Below are positions 1-9,453 of a stretch of 64,000 bases of DNA, one piece after another; the stretch's first letter is position 1; each line of letters begins with the position of its first letter. The notes below the pieces were generated by a model. That model was not told where the DNA came from. It saw nothing but the letters and a program-made list of their open reading frames with translations, and searched no databases. The position numbers were made by a program, and so were the translations under genes. The stretch is from Nitrosopumilus sp. (GTDB taxonomy: Archaea; Thermoproteota; Nitrososphaeria; Nitrososphaerales; Nitrosopumilaceae): contig OY763927.2 in the NCBI GenBank assembly GCA_963667665.2, positions 224,001 through 288,000 of the forward strand, in the 5' to 3' direction.

Positions 1-1
1 A

Positions 2-163
2 TGCAGAGAAGCTAAAATAGACAAGGAATACATCAATGCCTTTTGTGGTCGCATATCACAAGGTATGCTTGAGCGAAGCTACACAAGCTATTCACCTACT
101 GCATTACGCAAACAATACGACAAAGTAGAATCACTTCTTACATTACCTTTCACTGAAAGCTAA
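2..163 (+). CDS. Tyrosine recombinase/integrase, C-terminal part (5' end outside window)
   Basis: Frame 2 reads CREAKIDKEYINAFCGRISQGMLERSYTSYSPTALRKQYDKVESLLTLPFTES*; the YIxAFCGR...L.R.YT.YS pattern matches the C-terminal catalytic region (Tyr nucleophile) of archaeal integrases. Not in ORF track. Confidence 0.7.
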   Translation, partial: CREAKIDKEYINAFCGRISQGMLERSYTSYSPTALRKQYDKVESLLTLPFTES

Positions 164-417
164 TCACTTTAGTAACCAATCAAATGTGAATGTCCTTAGA
201 TATGTTACTTTAAGAAAAGCTATCAAAAGCTCTTTTTTTCACGCCTGAAAAGCTAAGTGAAAGTAGCTAATGTCATGCCTATTAGCTACTAAGAAGCTAG
301 TTTCTGAAAACTGACATGCACAAACTATACAGTTTAGCTACTTTTTTGAGATTAGCTAAGCTTTTAGCTAAATCTGTTTCTTAGCTGATTTTCATGCCTG
401 AATGTATTGTTTGTTAT

Positions 418-443
418 TGCGTAATCTATAGTAGGACTACGAA
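418..443 (+). other. Putative recombination site type 1, copy 1 (TGCGTAATC-tatagtag-GACTACGAA)
   Basis: Imperfect inverted repeat with 8-nt spacer; near-identical arms recur at 2246 and 4564. Confidence 0.55.
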
Positions 444-522
444 TTAATGGTGTGTTGTTACTGTGAGTGTATTTTGAGAAATTTCAACGACCTTTTTGTA
501 GGATACTTGACATTAAATTAAT

Positions 523-1686
523 TCATTTAGTTTTCATCTCAAATATTTCATTGATATCATATACAATGTTATGTAAAATTGTAGATGATGGACTTAGTAT
601 GATTTGTTGTTCAGTATGAGCCATACTGTTTCTAAGATAATTACCTGCATGATACATTTGAAATTTCCATTTTGGGATACCATTTTCTATAAGCCAATTC
701 ATGATATTTTTCATAGTAAGAGGAAATTTTTTATCATTGACTGTTATGTGTTTTAGTTTCCAACCCTTTTGTCTCATCAATTGACGAACAGAATTTGAGA
801 TATCATGATATGATGGATCTGTGTATTCTTGTAGGATTTCTGAATTATGTTTTATTATGGCTTTATTTCCCAATGATTGAATATATCTTAATTTCATTGC
901 AGATTCATGAGAAAATAATGCTGAGCGAACAGATAAAGTATAAAATTCATATTTAAAATAACAAAACACAAACAAATCTTTTGCTCTTTGAAATTCTTCT
1001 TGTATGGATTTAGGAACATGTGGACTGAATTGCATATCTGATACTATTTCTTGTAATTTTTCTAGTGATAATGAGGTTCTAACATCTGGTACAAGTAGAT
1101 CTATATCTGATAATACTGTATCTGATTTTAATTTGTAACGTAAATTAAAATCTACTTTAACCTCTGTGTCATATTGAGCCATAAAATACTCATTGAAATC
1201 AGTAATAAACAAATGTCTAAAATCATCATAAAATCGTTTAGGATTGTTCTTAATGTTATAACGTGTAAATCTTATTCTAGATGTTCTACTTGGAAAGAAA
1301 CCAGTATATTCAAAATTTATTGTAATATCATCTGCAATTTGATTTGAATCATTTTTATCTATTTTGAAATACTGTACTAGTACGTTTGTTAATTCGTCTT
1401 TATTTGATGAAATTTTTCCAAAATATGTTGTTTGTTTCATTCCCATTTTTTCCAGATCGTAATGAATTAGTTGGATAATATCATCTTCTAGATGAGGATA
1501 TTTTTTATTATCTACACTGATGTCTATTATTCCAACTGGAAACGGTAGTTTGCTTAATCCCGTAAGTATTGTTTGTTCTTTTGGAGTTATTTCATCAGGC
1601 TTTTTACTATAATAGTTTGTAAGATCTTTTTTTGCAAATTCAAAAGAATTTGTAAATAATATATCCCATTCCACTAATTTAACCAA
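523..1686 (-). CDS. Hypothetical protein with C-terminal HEPN-like RxxxxH motif
   Basis: 387-aa ORF; helical C-terminus with LRNSMAH. Confidence 0.55.
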   Translation of the reverse strand: MVKLVEWDILFTNSFEFAKKDLTNYYSKKPDEITPKEQTILTGLSKLPFPVGIIDISVDNKKYPHLEDDIIQLIHYDLEKMGMKQTTYFGKISSNKDELTNVLVQYFKIDKNDSNQIADDITINFEYTGFFPSRTSRIRFTRYNIKNNPKRFYDDFRHLFITDFNEYFMAQYDTEVKVDFNLRYKLKSDTVLSDIDLLVPDVRTSLSLEKLQEIVSDMQFSPHVPKSIQEEFQRAKDLFVFCYFKYEFYTLSVRSALFSHESAMKLRYIQSLGNKAIIKHNSEILQEYTDPSYHDISNSVRQLMRQKGWKLKHITVNDKKFPLTMKNIMNWLIENGIPKWKFQMYHAGNYLRNSMAHTEQQIILSPSSTILHNIVYDINEIFEMKTK

Positions 1687-1766
1687 GAATTAATTGCCTA
1701 TTAATTATGAATGTATTTTAGTAGATTAACACATAATTTTTATTTAAATTTAATAATATATCGGAC

Positions 1767-2165
1767 TTAGATCTTAATGTTATTTTGAATCATATCTAAT
1801 ACAAATTCTGGTTGAATCTCACCATAACTATTTTTTAACTCATTAATAGTATGCCAACCACCAATTTTAGCTACAAAGCCATAATTGTAATCTGTTTTTT
1901 CAAGCCAATAGTGAGCTCCTATATGTCTCAAAGCATGGAATGAATTGTTGTAATAGTATTCTTCTGATTTTTCCAAATGTTTGAATATTTGTCTTAATTG
2001 GTTTCTAAGTTTATCTTCTGCATGCTTGACATTTCCTAAATTAGTCCATATCTTGTCTTGTTTTCTATTTTTATGAGATTTTAAACTTTGTTGTGTATTG
2101 TTTCTTGTAATGTATTTTATCCATTTACCATCTTTAATGTAAGACGTTTTAGAATGTCTAATTTT
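1767..2165 (-). pseudogene. Tyrosine recombinase remnant (catalytic C-terminal third)
   Basis: FHALRH...IGGW...NSYG motifs; the frame stays open upstream to about 2165 and then hits stops with no start codon. Confidence 0.75.
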
Positions 2166-2245
2166 TTATCATGTGTAACTAGAGCCATATTACAACATCT
2201 TAAAATTTTTGATAAAAGTTAGAATGTTTTTCTTAATTCATTAGA

Positions 2246-2271
2246 TTCGTAATCATTATAGAGATTACACA
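2246..2271 (-). other. Putative recombination site type 1, copy 2 (minus strand TGTGTAATC-tctataat-GATTACGAA)
   Basis: Same arms as 418 and 4564, opposite orientation. Confidence 0.55.
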
Positions 2272-2345
2272 ATATCAGTACCTTACAATCCTTAGGATTG
2301 GTAATTATCAATAATGCAAAATACTTAAGTATTTAGAATCAAGGT

Positions 2346-4562
2346 TTGAGATTAATGCAATTATTTGGATTAATTTTAGCCTCAATTACATTATTTTCAA
2401 TAATTGGACTGTCTGAATCATTTGCAGAATTTATTCCCAATCCAAGGCAACAATTAGAATCCGGTATTAACCCTGAAGATATTCAATGTAAAGAGAATCG
2501 TGTACTTGTCATTCGCAGTAATGGTAACCCAGCTTGTGTTACTCAAAAGACAGCAGACAGAACAGGGTGGGAAATTATTAAACCAAGCTTTGATAAAATA
2601 GAAATTCCAACAGATGATGAAAAAATTATTCTACAAAATAAAGTATTAGAAAACAATGAACTCACATTTTCCTCAAATCCAATTGGTTTTGAAATTATGA
2701 CAATTCCTAATGATGAACCCCTCAACATATCAGTTTCACAAATTCAAGAATTTAAAGATGAGTATGTTGAAACTCCTGATTTTGCATCATGTGACAATAA
2801 ACTTTCTACCATAATACTAAATTCCTTTGATTTATCAATTGATTTGCATATTGCTGCTAGTTGGTGGTCTGATTCAGATCATAGAGATACTAATTCAGGC
2901 ATAATCTGTATAATTGAACCCGATAGAAACTTAGACTTAGAATCTAAAGACTCTTTTGATGTAACTGTATGGTCTACATCCGACTCAAATAGAATTAACA
3001 TCACTGTGACAGAAATTAGCGAATCTAGTGGATTATTTGGAGGATTTGTTCCATTTACAAATCAAAAACAATCATTAGAAAACAAACTGAAAGTCGAAAA
3101 AAGCGATACAGTATATGTAAATTATGAAGATGATACATTACCTCAACCATACGGAACAAACGGATTTACAGATAAACTGAATATTACTGGAACATCATCA
3201 ATTGGTTGGAATGTACCAAAATATCAAATAAATTATAATATGGACATTATTGATGAACTGAAAAAAAAATATAGTGTATTTTTTCACGGTGAAGAAAAAA
3301 CTGCCATAGACTATGCACTGTCGCAAAAAATTAAAAATGAAAAACACCTAATTGTGTGTGGTGATGAAGTTAACTCCGACCAACCTTATGATCCATTAGA
3401 TTATCCTTTTGATCTTTTTTCAAGACAATATACTGTGAGAGAGCATCGTCCTGCCCCTCCTCAATTGAACCAGGAATTATACATGGGAGAAAATAAAAAT
3501 TCTCGAGTCATCACAGATATCAAAACAAATTACAATGATCAAAATTTGTATAGTTTAGATCCGAATAGTCTTATTCCAACGTGTCTTCCTATCGGACAAA
3601 CAATAAAATTTATTGTTCATACATCAACAAAACCTAATCTTGATTCTCAACGAGTTGAAGTTATGGATATGATAATTGGACCAAATACTCTGAAAATCTC
3701 CGAAGACAATATTGTTAATGATTTGTATAACGAACATGGAATTAAAATAAAAATTGATACACTTCCATTTTATTTGGATAATGATTATTCACGTTCCAAA
3801 CATTTTATGTCTAATTATGGACCTGTAGCTTATTCTGTTATGACTACCAAAACTCTCACATATTGTGGTTTTGATGAGAAAAATAATCAAGTATGCACAA
3901 CAGGGTTTGGCACATTTAATCTAGGTTCATCTATTACATTTATTGCAGATGGAAAACATATTTCGTTATCCACATATAGATACAATTTAGAAACTTTAAT
4001 TGATATTGCCTCATCCATGAAGAATCTTAATTTCATTCAAACATCAGATTATCTAGATTCTGTAAAATCTAAACCTGAATTGAGAACGTATGGGGGTCTT
4101 TATGGTCATACATTATCTGTAACTCAAAAATGGTCATCCAGTTCAGATACTGAAAATATTGATCAATTAGTAAAACTTCCAAAATATGTTCCAGATGATC
4201 TTGAGCTTGTTGTTGTATATGATCATTCAAAAGATACATGGCAAGATGAACATAATCAAATTCAAACATGGTATGTTACAAAAAATTTCAACGCTTCAAG
4301 TCTTGTTAATGTAATTGAAAATGGAGTAAATATAGTAATTACAGATTCTGTAGAGTATGATGAAGAATTAGTTTCACAATTTGCAAAGGACAAAGATATG
4401 ACTTTAAGTGAGTTTAATGGTCACATGTCATTAATTTATGAAATTGATAATGGTGCCTATTTGTTATTTTATGATGAACAAAGCCAAATTGAATTATATT
4501 CAAAGAAATACAATTTGGATGAACTCATTAAAATTGGAGAATCATTAATTGGATCAAACTAG
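2346..4562 (+). CDS. Secreted protein with N-terminal thaumarchaeal P..Q...G...C...PACV module
   Basis: Signal peptide; PRQQLESGINPEDIQCKENRVLVIRSNGNPACV motif; 738 aa. Confidence 0.7.
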   Translation: MRLMQLFGLILASITLFSIIGLSESFAEFIPNPRQQLESGINPEDIQCKENRVLVIRSNGNPACVTQKTADRTGWEIIKPSFDKIEIPTDDEKIILQNKVLENNELTFSSNPIGFEIMTIPNDEPLNISVSQIQEFKDEYVETPDFASCDNKLSTIILNSFDLSIDLHIAASWWSDSDHRDTNSGIICIIEPDRNLDLESKDSFDVTVWSTSDSNRINITVTEISESSGLFGGFVPFTNQKQSLENKLKVEKSDTVYVNYEDDTLPQPYGTNGFTDKLNITGTSSIGWNVPKYQINYNMDIIDELKKKYSVFFHGEEKTAIDYALSQKIKNEKHLIVCGDEVNSDQPYDPLDYPFDLFSRQYTVREHRPAPPQLNQELYMGENKNSRVITDIKTNYNDQNLYSLDPNSLIPTCLPIGQTIKFIVHTSTKPNLDSQRVEVMDMIIGPNTLKISEDNIVNDLYNEHGIKIKIDTLPFYLDNDYSRSKHFMSNYGPVAYSVMTTKTLTYCGFDEKNNQVCTTGFGTFNLGSSITFIADGKHISLSTYRYNLETLIDIASSMKNLNFIQTSDYLDSVKSKPELRTYGGLYGHTLSVTQKWSSSSDTENIDQLVKLPKYVPDDLELVVVYDHSKDTWQDEHNQIQTWYVTKNFNASSLVNVIENGVNIVITDSVEYDEELVSQFAKDKDMTLSEFNGHMSLIYEIDNGAYLLFYDEQSQIELYSKKYNLDELIKIGESLIGSN

Positions 4563-4563
4563 A

Positions 4564-4589
4564 TGCGTAATCCTATACAAGATTACGAA
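4564..4589 (+). other. Putative recombination site type 1, copy 3 (TGCGTAATC-ctatacaa-GATTACGAA)
   Basis: Starts 1 nt after the stop of 2346..4562; same arms as the other two copies. Confidence 0.55.
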
Positions 4590-4610
4590 AATAACCACTT
4601 GTAGAATATT

Positions 4611-5552
4611 TTAAAAAAATTCGCTTATTTCATGGGTCTTGTTAGTTACTACTTTGATGCCTCCTCCAATCATTTCTGTTTTAACTTTGGTAATTTTCCT
4701 AGCTGAATCTATAATGTTTCCTGCACCTTTACTATTTGTGGCAATAATGATATGATATCCAATTTGGTTTCCTGATTGAAAAACTGGAATGTCGTAAACA
4801 AATTTTTTAAATTTACTAATTTTATTCTTGTAAATTGTCATTAATTCTTCCCCTTTTGTAGTTGATTCCCATGATGAATCACCATAAAATTCTGATAATG
4901 ATTTTCCATAACTATTGTCTAAAGTGCAATTTGATCTATGTCTAGCAACTACATGTGTCATAAATGTAAAAATAACATCTGCAGTATCAATTGTTAGAAC
5001 ACGTTGCATTAAGTCCCATTTGATTTCTTTAAATCCAATAGGATCTATTACGACTAAAAATGCTTTTTTGAATCCATTAAGATCTTCTATAATTTTTACT
5101 GATTCAGAAAATTCTTTTTTTTCAACTGTTATTATTTTTGGACTTATCAAAGTAGACAGTTTTCCGATCCTCTCTTTTAACGTTCTAATTGATTCCATAT
5201 CTTCATCAAATAAGAAATACTTGGAAAATGATTTGTCATTACTTTTTAGGAGACTTACTAATGAACTTCCTGGAAATCTTTCTTCTATGAGCTCAGGTTC
5301 GCTGAATTTGATTAAACCTGAACCACAATGAGTATCTACATAGTAAAATTTATCAAAATATTTCCGAAAAATTGGAACAAATCCTCCTATGCAATAACTA
5401 ATTATCAAAAATTTCTTTATTGACCAGACATCTCCTGGAGATAATTTTAATCCGTCTTTTTTTATAATATCTATTTTTGAAATTAAATTTTCTACTCTAA
5501 TTTTTGCCCATTCGTAAGGATCAAATGACATGCTATTCTCTTTTGAATTCAT
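4611..5552 (-). CDS. tcmP: Three-Cys-motif partner protein (SAM-dependent methyltransferase-like)
   Basis: WSIKK..., YVDTHCGSG, GSSL, IDPIG motifs; adjacent to a DUF5131 gene, the usual pairing. Confidence 0.8.
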   Translation of the reverse strand: MNSKENSMSFDPYEWAKIRVENLISKIDIIKKDGLKLSPGDVWSIKKFLIISYCIGGFVPIFRKYFDKFYYVDTHCGSGLIKFSEPELIEERFPGSSLVSLLKSNDKSFSKYFLFDEDMESIRTLKERIGKLSTLISPKIITVEKKEFSESVKIIEDLNGFKKAFLVVIDPIGFKEIKWDLMQRVLTIDTADVIFTFMTHVVARHRSNCTLDNSYGKSLSEFYGDSSWESTTKGEELMTIYKNKISKFKKFVYDIPVFQSGNQIGYHIIIATNSKGAGNIIDSARKITKVKTEMIGGGIKVVTNKTHEISEFF

Positions 5553-5655
5553 AAACTATTATTAGAATATATTCAAAAAGTTCACCAATGTTTGATTATT
5601 AGTCAACACATCTCTATCTAGCAATGTTTATGATATGGCATGATGGTCAAAATGT

Positions 5656-6495
5656 ATGTCTAATTCTTCGACAATAGAATGGACTGAATCTACGTGGAAC
5701 CCTAGTACTGGATGTAGTAAAGTTTCTCTTGGTTGTAAAAATTGTTATGCTGAAAAAATGTCTAAACGACTTAATTTAATGGGAGTAAAAAAATATAGAA
5801 ATATTTTTAAATTTACTGAACATCCTCAGGATTTAGAACTTCCATTAACATGGAAAAAACCAAAAAAAGTATTTGTTAATAGTATGTCAGATTTATTTCA
5901 TGAAGATTCGCGAATGGAATTTGTTGGAAGTTGTTTCAATACAATGATAAAAGGTGATCATCATGTTTATCAGGTTTTAACTAAACGTCCTGAAACCATG
6001 TCTGATTTTTCACAATTATTTGAAAATTATTTTGGAGATATAATACCTCCACACATTTGGATGGGAACAAGTGTTGAGAATGAGGATTTCAAATGGAGAA
6101 TTGATGCATTAAGACAAGTGAAGTGTTATACAAAATTTCTAAGCATAGAACCTCTTTTAGGTCCAATGGGAAAATTAGATCTAACTGATATTGATTGGGT
6201 AATTGTTGGTGGTGAAAGTGGGTCCAATTTTAGACCTGTTCATAAAGATTGGATTGTAGATGTTGTAAAACAATGTAAAAAACAAAAAGTTGCGGTTTTC
6301 TTTAAGCAATGGGGTGGATTCAGACCTAAATCTGGTGGTAGAAAACTCAATGGAAGAATATATAGCCAATATCCTAAGATCACCAATATTGAGAATATTT
6401 TGAAGGAAGTAGAATATGATGAAAAAGAATTCGCAAAATTCTCAAAAATGAAAATTAAACAAAAAAAATCACCTGTTTTAGAAAAAATAGTTTGA
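5656..6495 (+). CDS. DUF5131 / phage Gp37-Gp68 family protein (radical-SAM-like)
   Basis: IEWTESTWNP.TGC.KVS.GCKNCYA, FVNSMSDLFH, LTKRP, SIEPLL, WVIVGGESG, FFKQWGG. Confidence 0.92.
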   Translation: MSNSSTIEWTESTWNPSTGCSKVSLGCKNCYAEKMSKRLNLMGVKKYRNIFKFTEHPQDLELPLTWKKPKKVFVNSMSDLFHEDSRMEFVGSCFNTMIKGDHHVYQVLTKRPETMSDFSQLFENYFGDIIPPHIWMGTSVENEDFKWRIDALRQVKCYTKFLSIEPLLGPMGKLDLTDIDWVIVGGESGSNFRPVHKDWIVDVVKQCKKQKVAVFFKQWGGFRPKSGGRKLNGRIYSQYPKITNIENILKEVEYDEKEFAKFSKMKIKQKKSPVLEKIV

Positions 6496-6631
6496 AATTT
6501 TATTTCATTATGTGAACTATGCAGAAAGAGGATCATGATGTAAAAGAGATTGATCTATGGTTCACACATACTAAACCTGCAATTTATATCAAATCCAATT
6601 GTCTTCATTTTCATTGCCAAGACAAGTCAGG

Positions 6632-7594
6632 ATGACTAAAAATGGAATCCTGTGTGTGGTTAATGAAAAACGTGTTTACTTGGATCCAAAAAAGACAGAT
6701 GTTACTGGAATTAATTTTGTCTCTCATGCACACTCTGATCATCTCCCATCAAAAAATGGCGGGACTATTTTATCATCACTTGAGACAAACCAAATAGCTA
6801 ATCTTCGTGGATTTAAGATGGAGAATTATGTTGAAACCCTTGAGGGTTTCTCTTTAATTGATAGTGGTCACATTCTTGGTGCAAAAGGATTACTCTTTGA
6901 TGATATCTTCTATACTGGAGATATCTGTACTAGAAAACGTGGATTTCTTCAAGGTGCAAAAATCCCAAAATGTAAAACCTTGATAACTGAATGCACTTTT
7001 GGCTTACCCGAATTTGTTTTTCCTCAAACTGATGAAATCCAAAAACAAGTAAATGAATTAATTTCTGAACTTTATGGAAAAGGTGTACCTGTAATTTTAA
7101 TGGGATATCAATTAGGAAAAGCACAAACTATTACTCAACTTTTTGGTCATTGGGATCCACTTTATTTTCATGATTCTGTCAAAGAGATGAATTTACTCCA
7201 TCAAAAATTAGGAATTCCACTAAAGGATGGAATTGGCCATTCTGAGGCTGAAAAAAATGGTCTATTGAATAAAAAACCTTGGGTGATGGTCGCACCATTA
7301 ATGTCTGCTAAAAACAAATTCATTCAAGATATGAAATTAAAATATGGTGCAGTAACAATAGGATTTAGTGGATGGGCACAATCATCAAGATTCTCTTTTG
7401 GGAGGAGAACTGATTATTCAATTTCAATGAGTGATCATTGTGATTTTAATGAGCTAGTAGATGTGGTAGTACAATCAGGAGCTGAACAAGTTTACACTAT
7501 ACATGGTTTTGTTGATGAATTTGCAAAATATTTAAAAAAAATGGGAATTAATGCACAACCCTTAGTAGAAAATTCTTTAGATGATTTTATTTAG
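6632..7594 (+). CDS. MBL-fold (beta-CASP-like) exonuclease
   Basis: SHAHSDH, GHILG, YTGD, TECTFG, SDHCDF, HG motifs; ATG at 6632 preferred over TTG at 6599. Confidence 0.85.
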   Translation: MTKNGILCVVNEKRVYLDPKKTDVTGINFVSHAHSDHLPSKNGGTILSSLETNQIANLRGFKMENYVETLEGFSLIDSGHILGAKGLLFDDIFYTGDICTRKRGFLQGAKIPKCKTLITECTFGLPEFVFPQTDEIQKQVNELISELYGKGVPVILMGYQLGKAQTITQLFGHWDPLYFHDSVKEMNLLHQKLGIPLKDGIGHSEAEKNGLLNKKPWVMVAPLMSAKNKFIQDMKLKYGAVTIGFSGWAQSSRFSFGRRTDYSISMSDHCDFNELVDVVVQSGAEQVYTIHGFVDEFAKYLKKMGINAQPLVENSLDDFI

Positions 7595-7823
7595 TAAATT
7601 CACTACATTCACAATTTGCAACTAGACATGTTTCTGCGTTTCTAATGTGATCATGGGAGAAATGTTTACATTTTTCATTTTTACATATTCTTCTTTGTGC
7701 TTCTTTTTGTACAACTTTTTGAGCAATTGAATTTGCCTGATCCTTTGTGTATCCTTTTTTATCGATATAGAAATGAACAATTCTATTGTATAGTAAATCT
7801 GGATTGAACTGTTTTTCTAACAT
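7587..7823 (-). CDS. Small hypothetical protein with Cys/His cluster
   Basis: 78 aa; C..C.H..H....C...C.C at the C-terminus. Confidence 0.7.
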   Translation of the reverse strand: MLEKQFNPDLLYNRIVHFYIDKKGYTKDQANSIAQKVVQKEAQRRICKNEKCKHFSHDHIRNAETCLVANCECSEFTK

Positions 7824-7996
7824 TGTTTATCTGGACATAATACATAATCATTCTATTAAAAGATCTTTGTGATTTTTACAAGATTTTGATAATATATAAC
7901 TAAATTTTGTAACTCAATTAATTTTCTTAAGTTGTTATTTATTTTTTTAAATAACACTGTTTTATATCATAATTTAATAATATAAGATGTTATTAC

Positions 7997-8110
7997 ATGG
8001 TAAAAGATGTTGATGAAGAATATCTAAAAAGTACGCAGGAGTTATTCCTTGAACTATTTATGGATACAGACAAGATTCTAAAAAAAATCAAATATCGGAC
8101 ACGAAAATAA
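7997..8110 (+). CDS. Possible small protein (37 aa)
   Basis: MVKDVDEEYLKSTQELFLELFMDTDKILKKIKYRTRK downstream of an AT-rich TATA-like region; below the ORF-track cutoff. Confidence 0.3.
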   Translation: MVKDVDEEYLKSTQELFLELFMDTDKILKKIKYRTRK

Positions 8111-8123
8111 AGAATAAACAATT

Positions 8124-9401
8124 TTAACTCAAAATCACGCCTATATCCATAAGATTTGTGTGAGTAAAATCAGTTACAATACTTGCTTTTTGTTTTTGAA
8201 AGAATCTACCTGAATCACTATTTTTGAGAAACTCTTTCATTGTATCCAAATCAATCCTAATATTTTCTGTAATGGCTCCAGCAAAAACAGAATTTCCATC
8301 TATCCCATCAGTTCCAATTGATGCAATGACTATTTTTTTTAATTTTTGAGTGTTTTTTAAAATTCTTAAAACTAATTCTTGATTTCTTCCCCCCATTCCT
8401 TTTCCAATAACTCTGACTGTTGTCTCTCCACCAAAAATAAGACATGTTTTTTGATTCTCTGAAATGTTTTCAAGAATTTTTGTCACTGCATCTTTAATGT
8501 CTCCAAAAACCTGTATACTGGAAACTTGATATCCTATTTCTTTAGCTTTTTTTTGCATTGCTTCTAAGCAATCATTATTGTTTGCAATAATGTAATTTTC
8601 AATTTTTGCTTTCTTTGGTGTTTCTATGTTTTCTTTTATTTTACCGTTCTCTAAAGTTTGTAAAACTTCATCAGGCATTTTCCATTTTATTTTGTATTTT
8701 TCTATAATTTTTAATGCATCTGCATATGTAGTATCGTCCATGTGTGTTGTTCCTGATGCAATTGATGAAAGATCATCTCCTTCTACATCTGACATTATGA
8801 GGCCTATTCCTTGGCATTTCATATTTTCAACTAATTTACCTCCCTTGATTTTTGATAGATGTTTTCTAATACAATTAAACTCTTGAATTGTTGCACCTGA
8901 TTTTAATAACACAGTTGTAACATGAATTTTATCATCAAGTGTTATTTCATTTGGCATTGCAAGAAGTGATGATCCTCCTCCAGAAACAAGAAAAATTATT
9001 AATTCGTCACTTCGTTTATTTTGGACAAATTTCATTACTTCCTTTGCTGCCTTTACACTTGTCTTGTCTGGTTTTGGGTGCCTAGAATTAAAAATCTGAA
9101 ACTTTTTACCCTTAATTATTGACTTTGAGCCTTTTGGAATTACCACAATTCCACTTTTTATGGGAATTATTGCATTAAGTGTCCTTGTCATTGAATCTCC
9201 AGCTTTCCCAAATGCTACAGAATAGATATTTGAAAATTTTTCAATATTGATTGATTTGCCCCCAATCTTGATTTCATTAGGTGTAACATACTTTGGAATG
9301 ATGTTTTCTGGATTTGCTGCTTGAAGACCTGCTTCTAGAATTTCTAAACACTCCTTTTTCTTATCTGTAGTTGCTAAATCTTTGAAATTTTGTATAATCA
9401 T
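8124..9401 (-). CDS. Glycerate 2-kinase (DUF4147 + MOFRL)
   Basis: GKA, SGGGSSL, RKHLSKIKGG, SDVEGDD, GGETTV, GGRNQE, GTDGIDG, TNLMD motifs. Confidence 0.92.
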   Translation of the reverse strand: MIIQNFKDLATTDKKKECLEILEAGLQAANPENIIPKYVTPNEIKIGGKSINIEKFSNIYSVAFGKAGDSMTRTLNAIIPIKSGIVVIPKGSKSIIKGKKFQIFNSRHPKPDKTSVKAAKEVMKFVQNKRSDELIIFLVSGGGSSLLAMPNEITLDDKIHVTTVLLKSGATIQEFNCIRKHLSKIKGGKLVENMKCQGIGLIMSDVEGDDLSSIASGTTHMDDTTYADALKIIEKYKIKWKMPDEVLQTLENGKIKENIETPKKAKIENYIIANNNDCLEAMQKKAKEIGYQVSSIQVFGDIKDAVTKILENISENQKTCLIFGGETTVRVIGKGMGGRNQELVLRILKNTQKLKKIVIASIGTDGIDGNSVFAGAITENIRIDLDTMKEFLKNSDSGRFFQKQKASIVTDFTHTNLMDIGVILS

Positions 9402-9453
9402 ATTATTTTTTCATAATGTAAGATATAATAATAATCAATAATGTCTTTGACTT

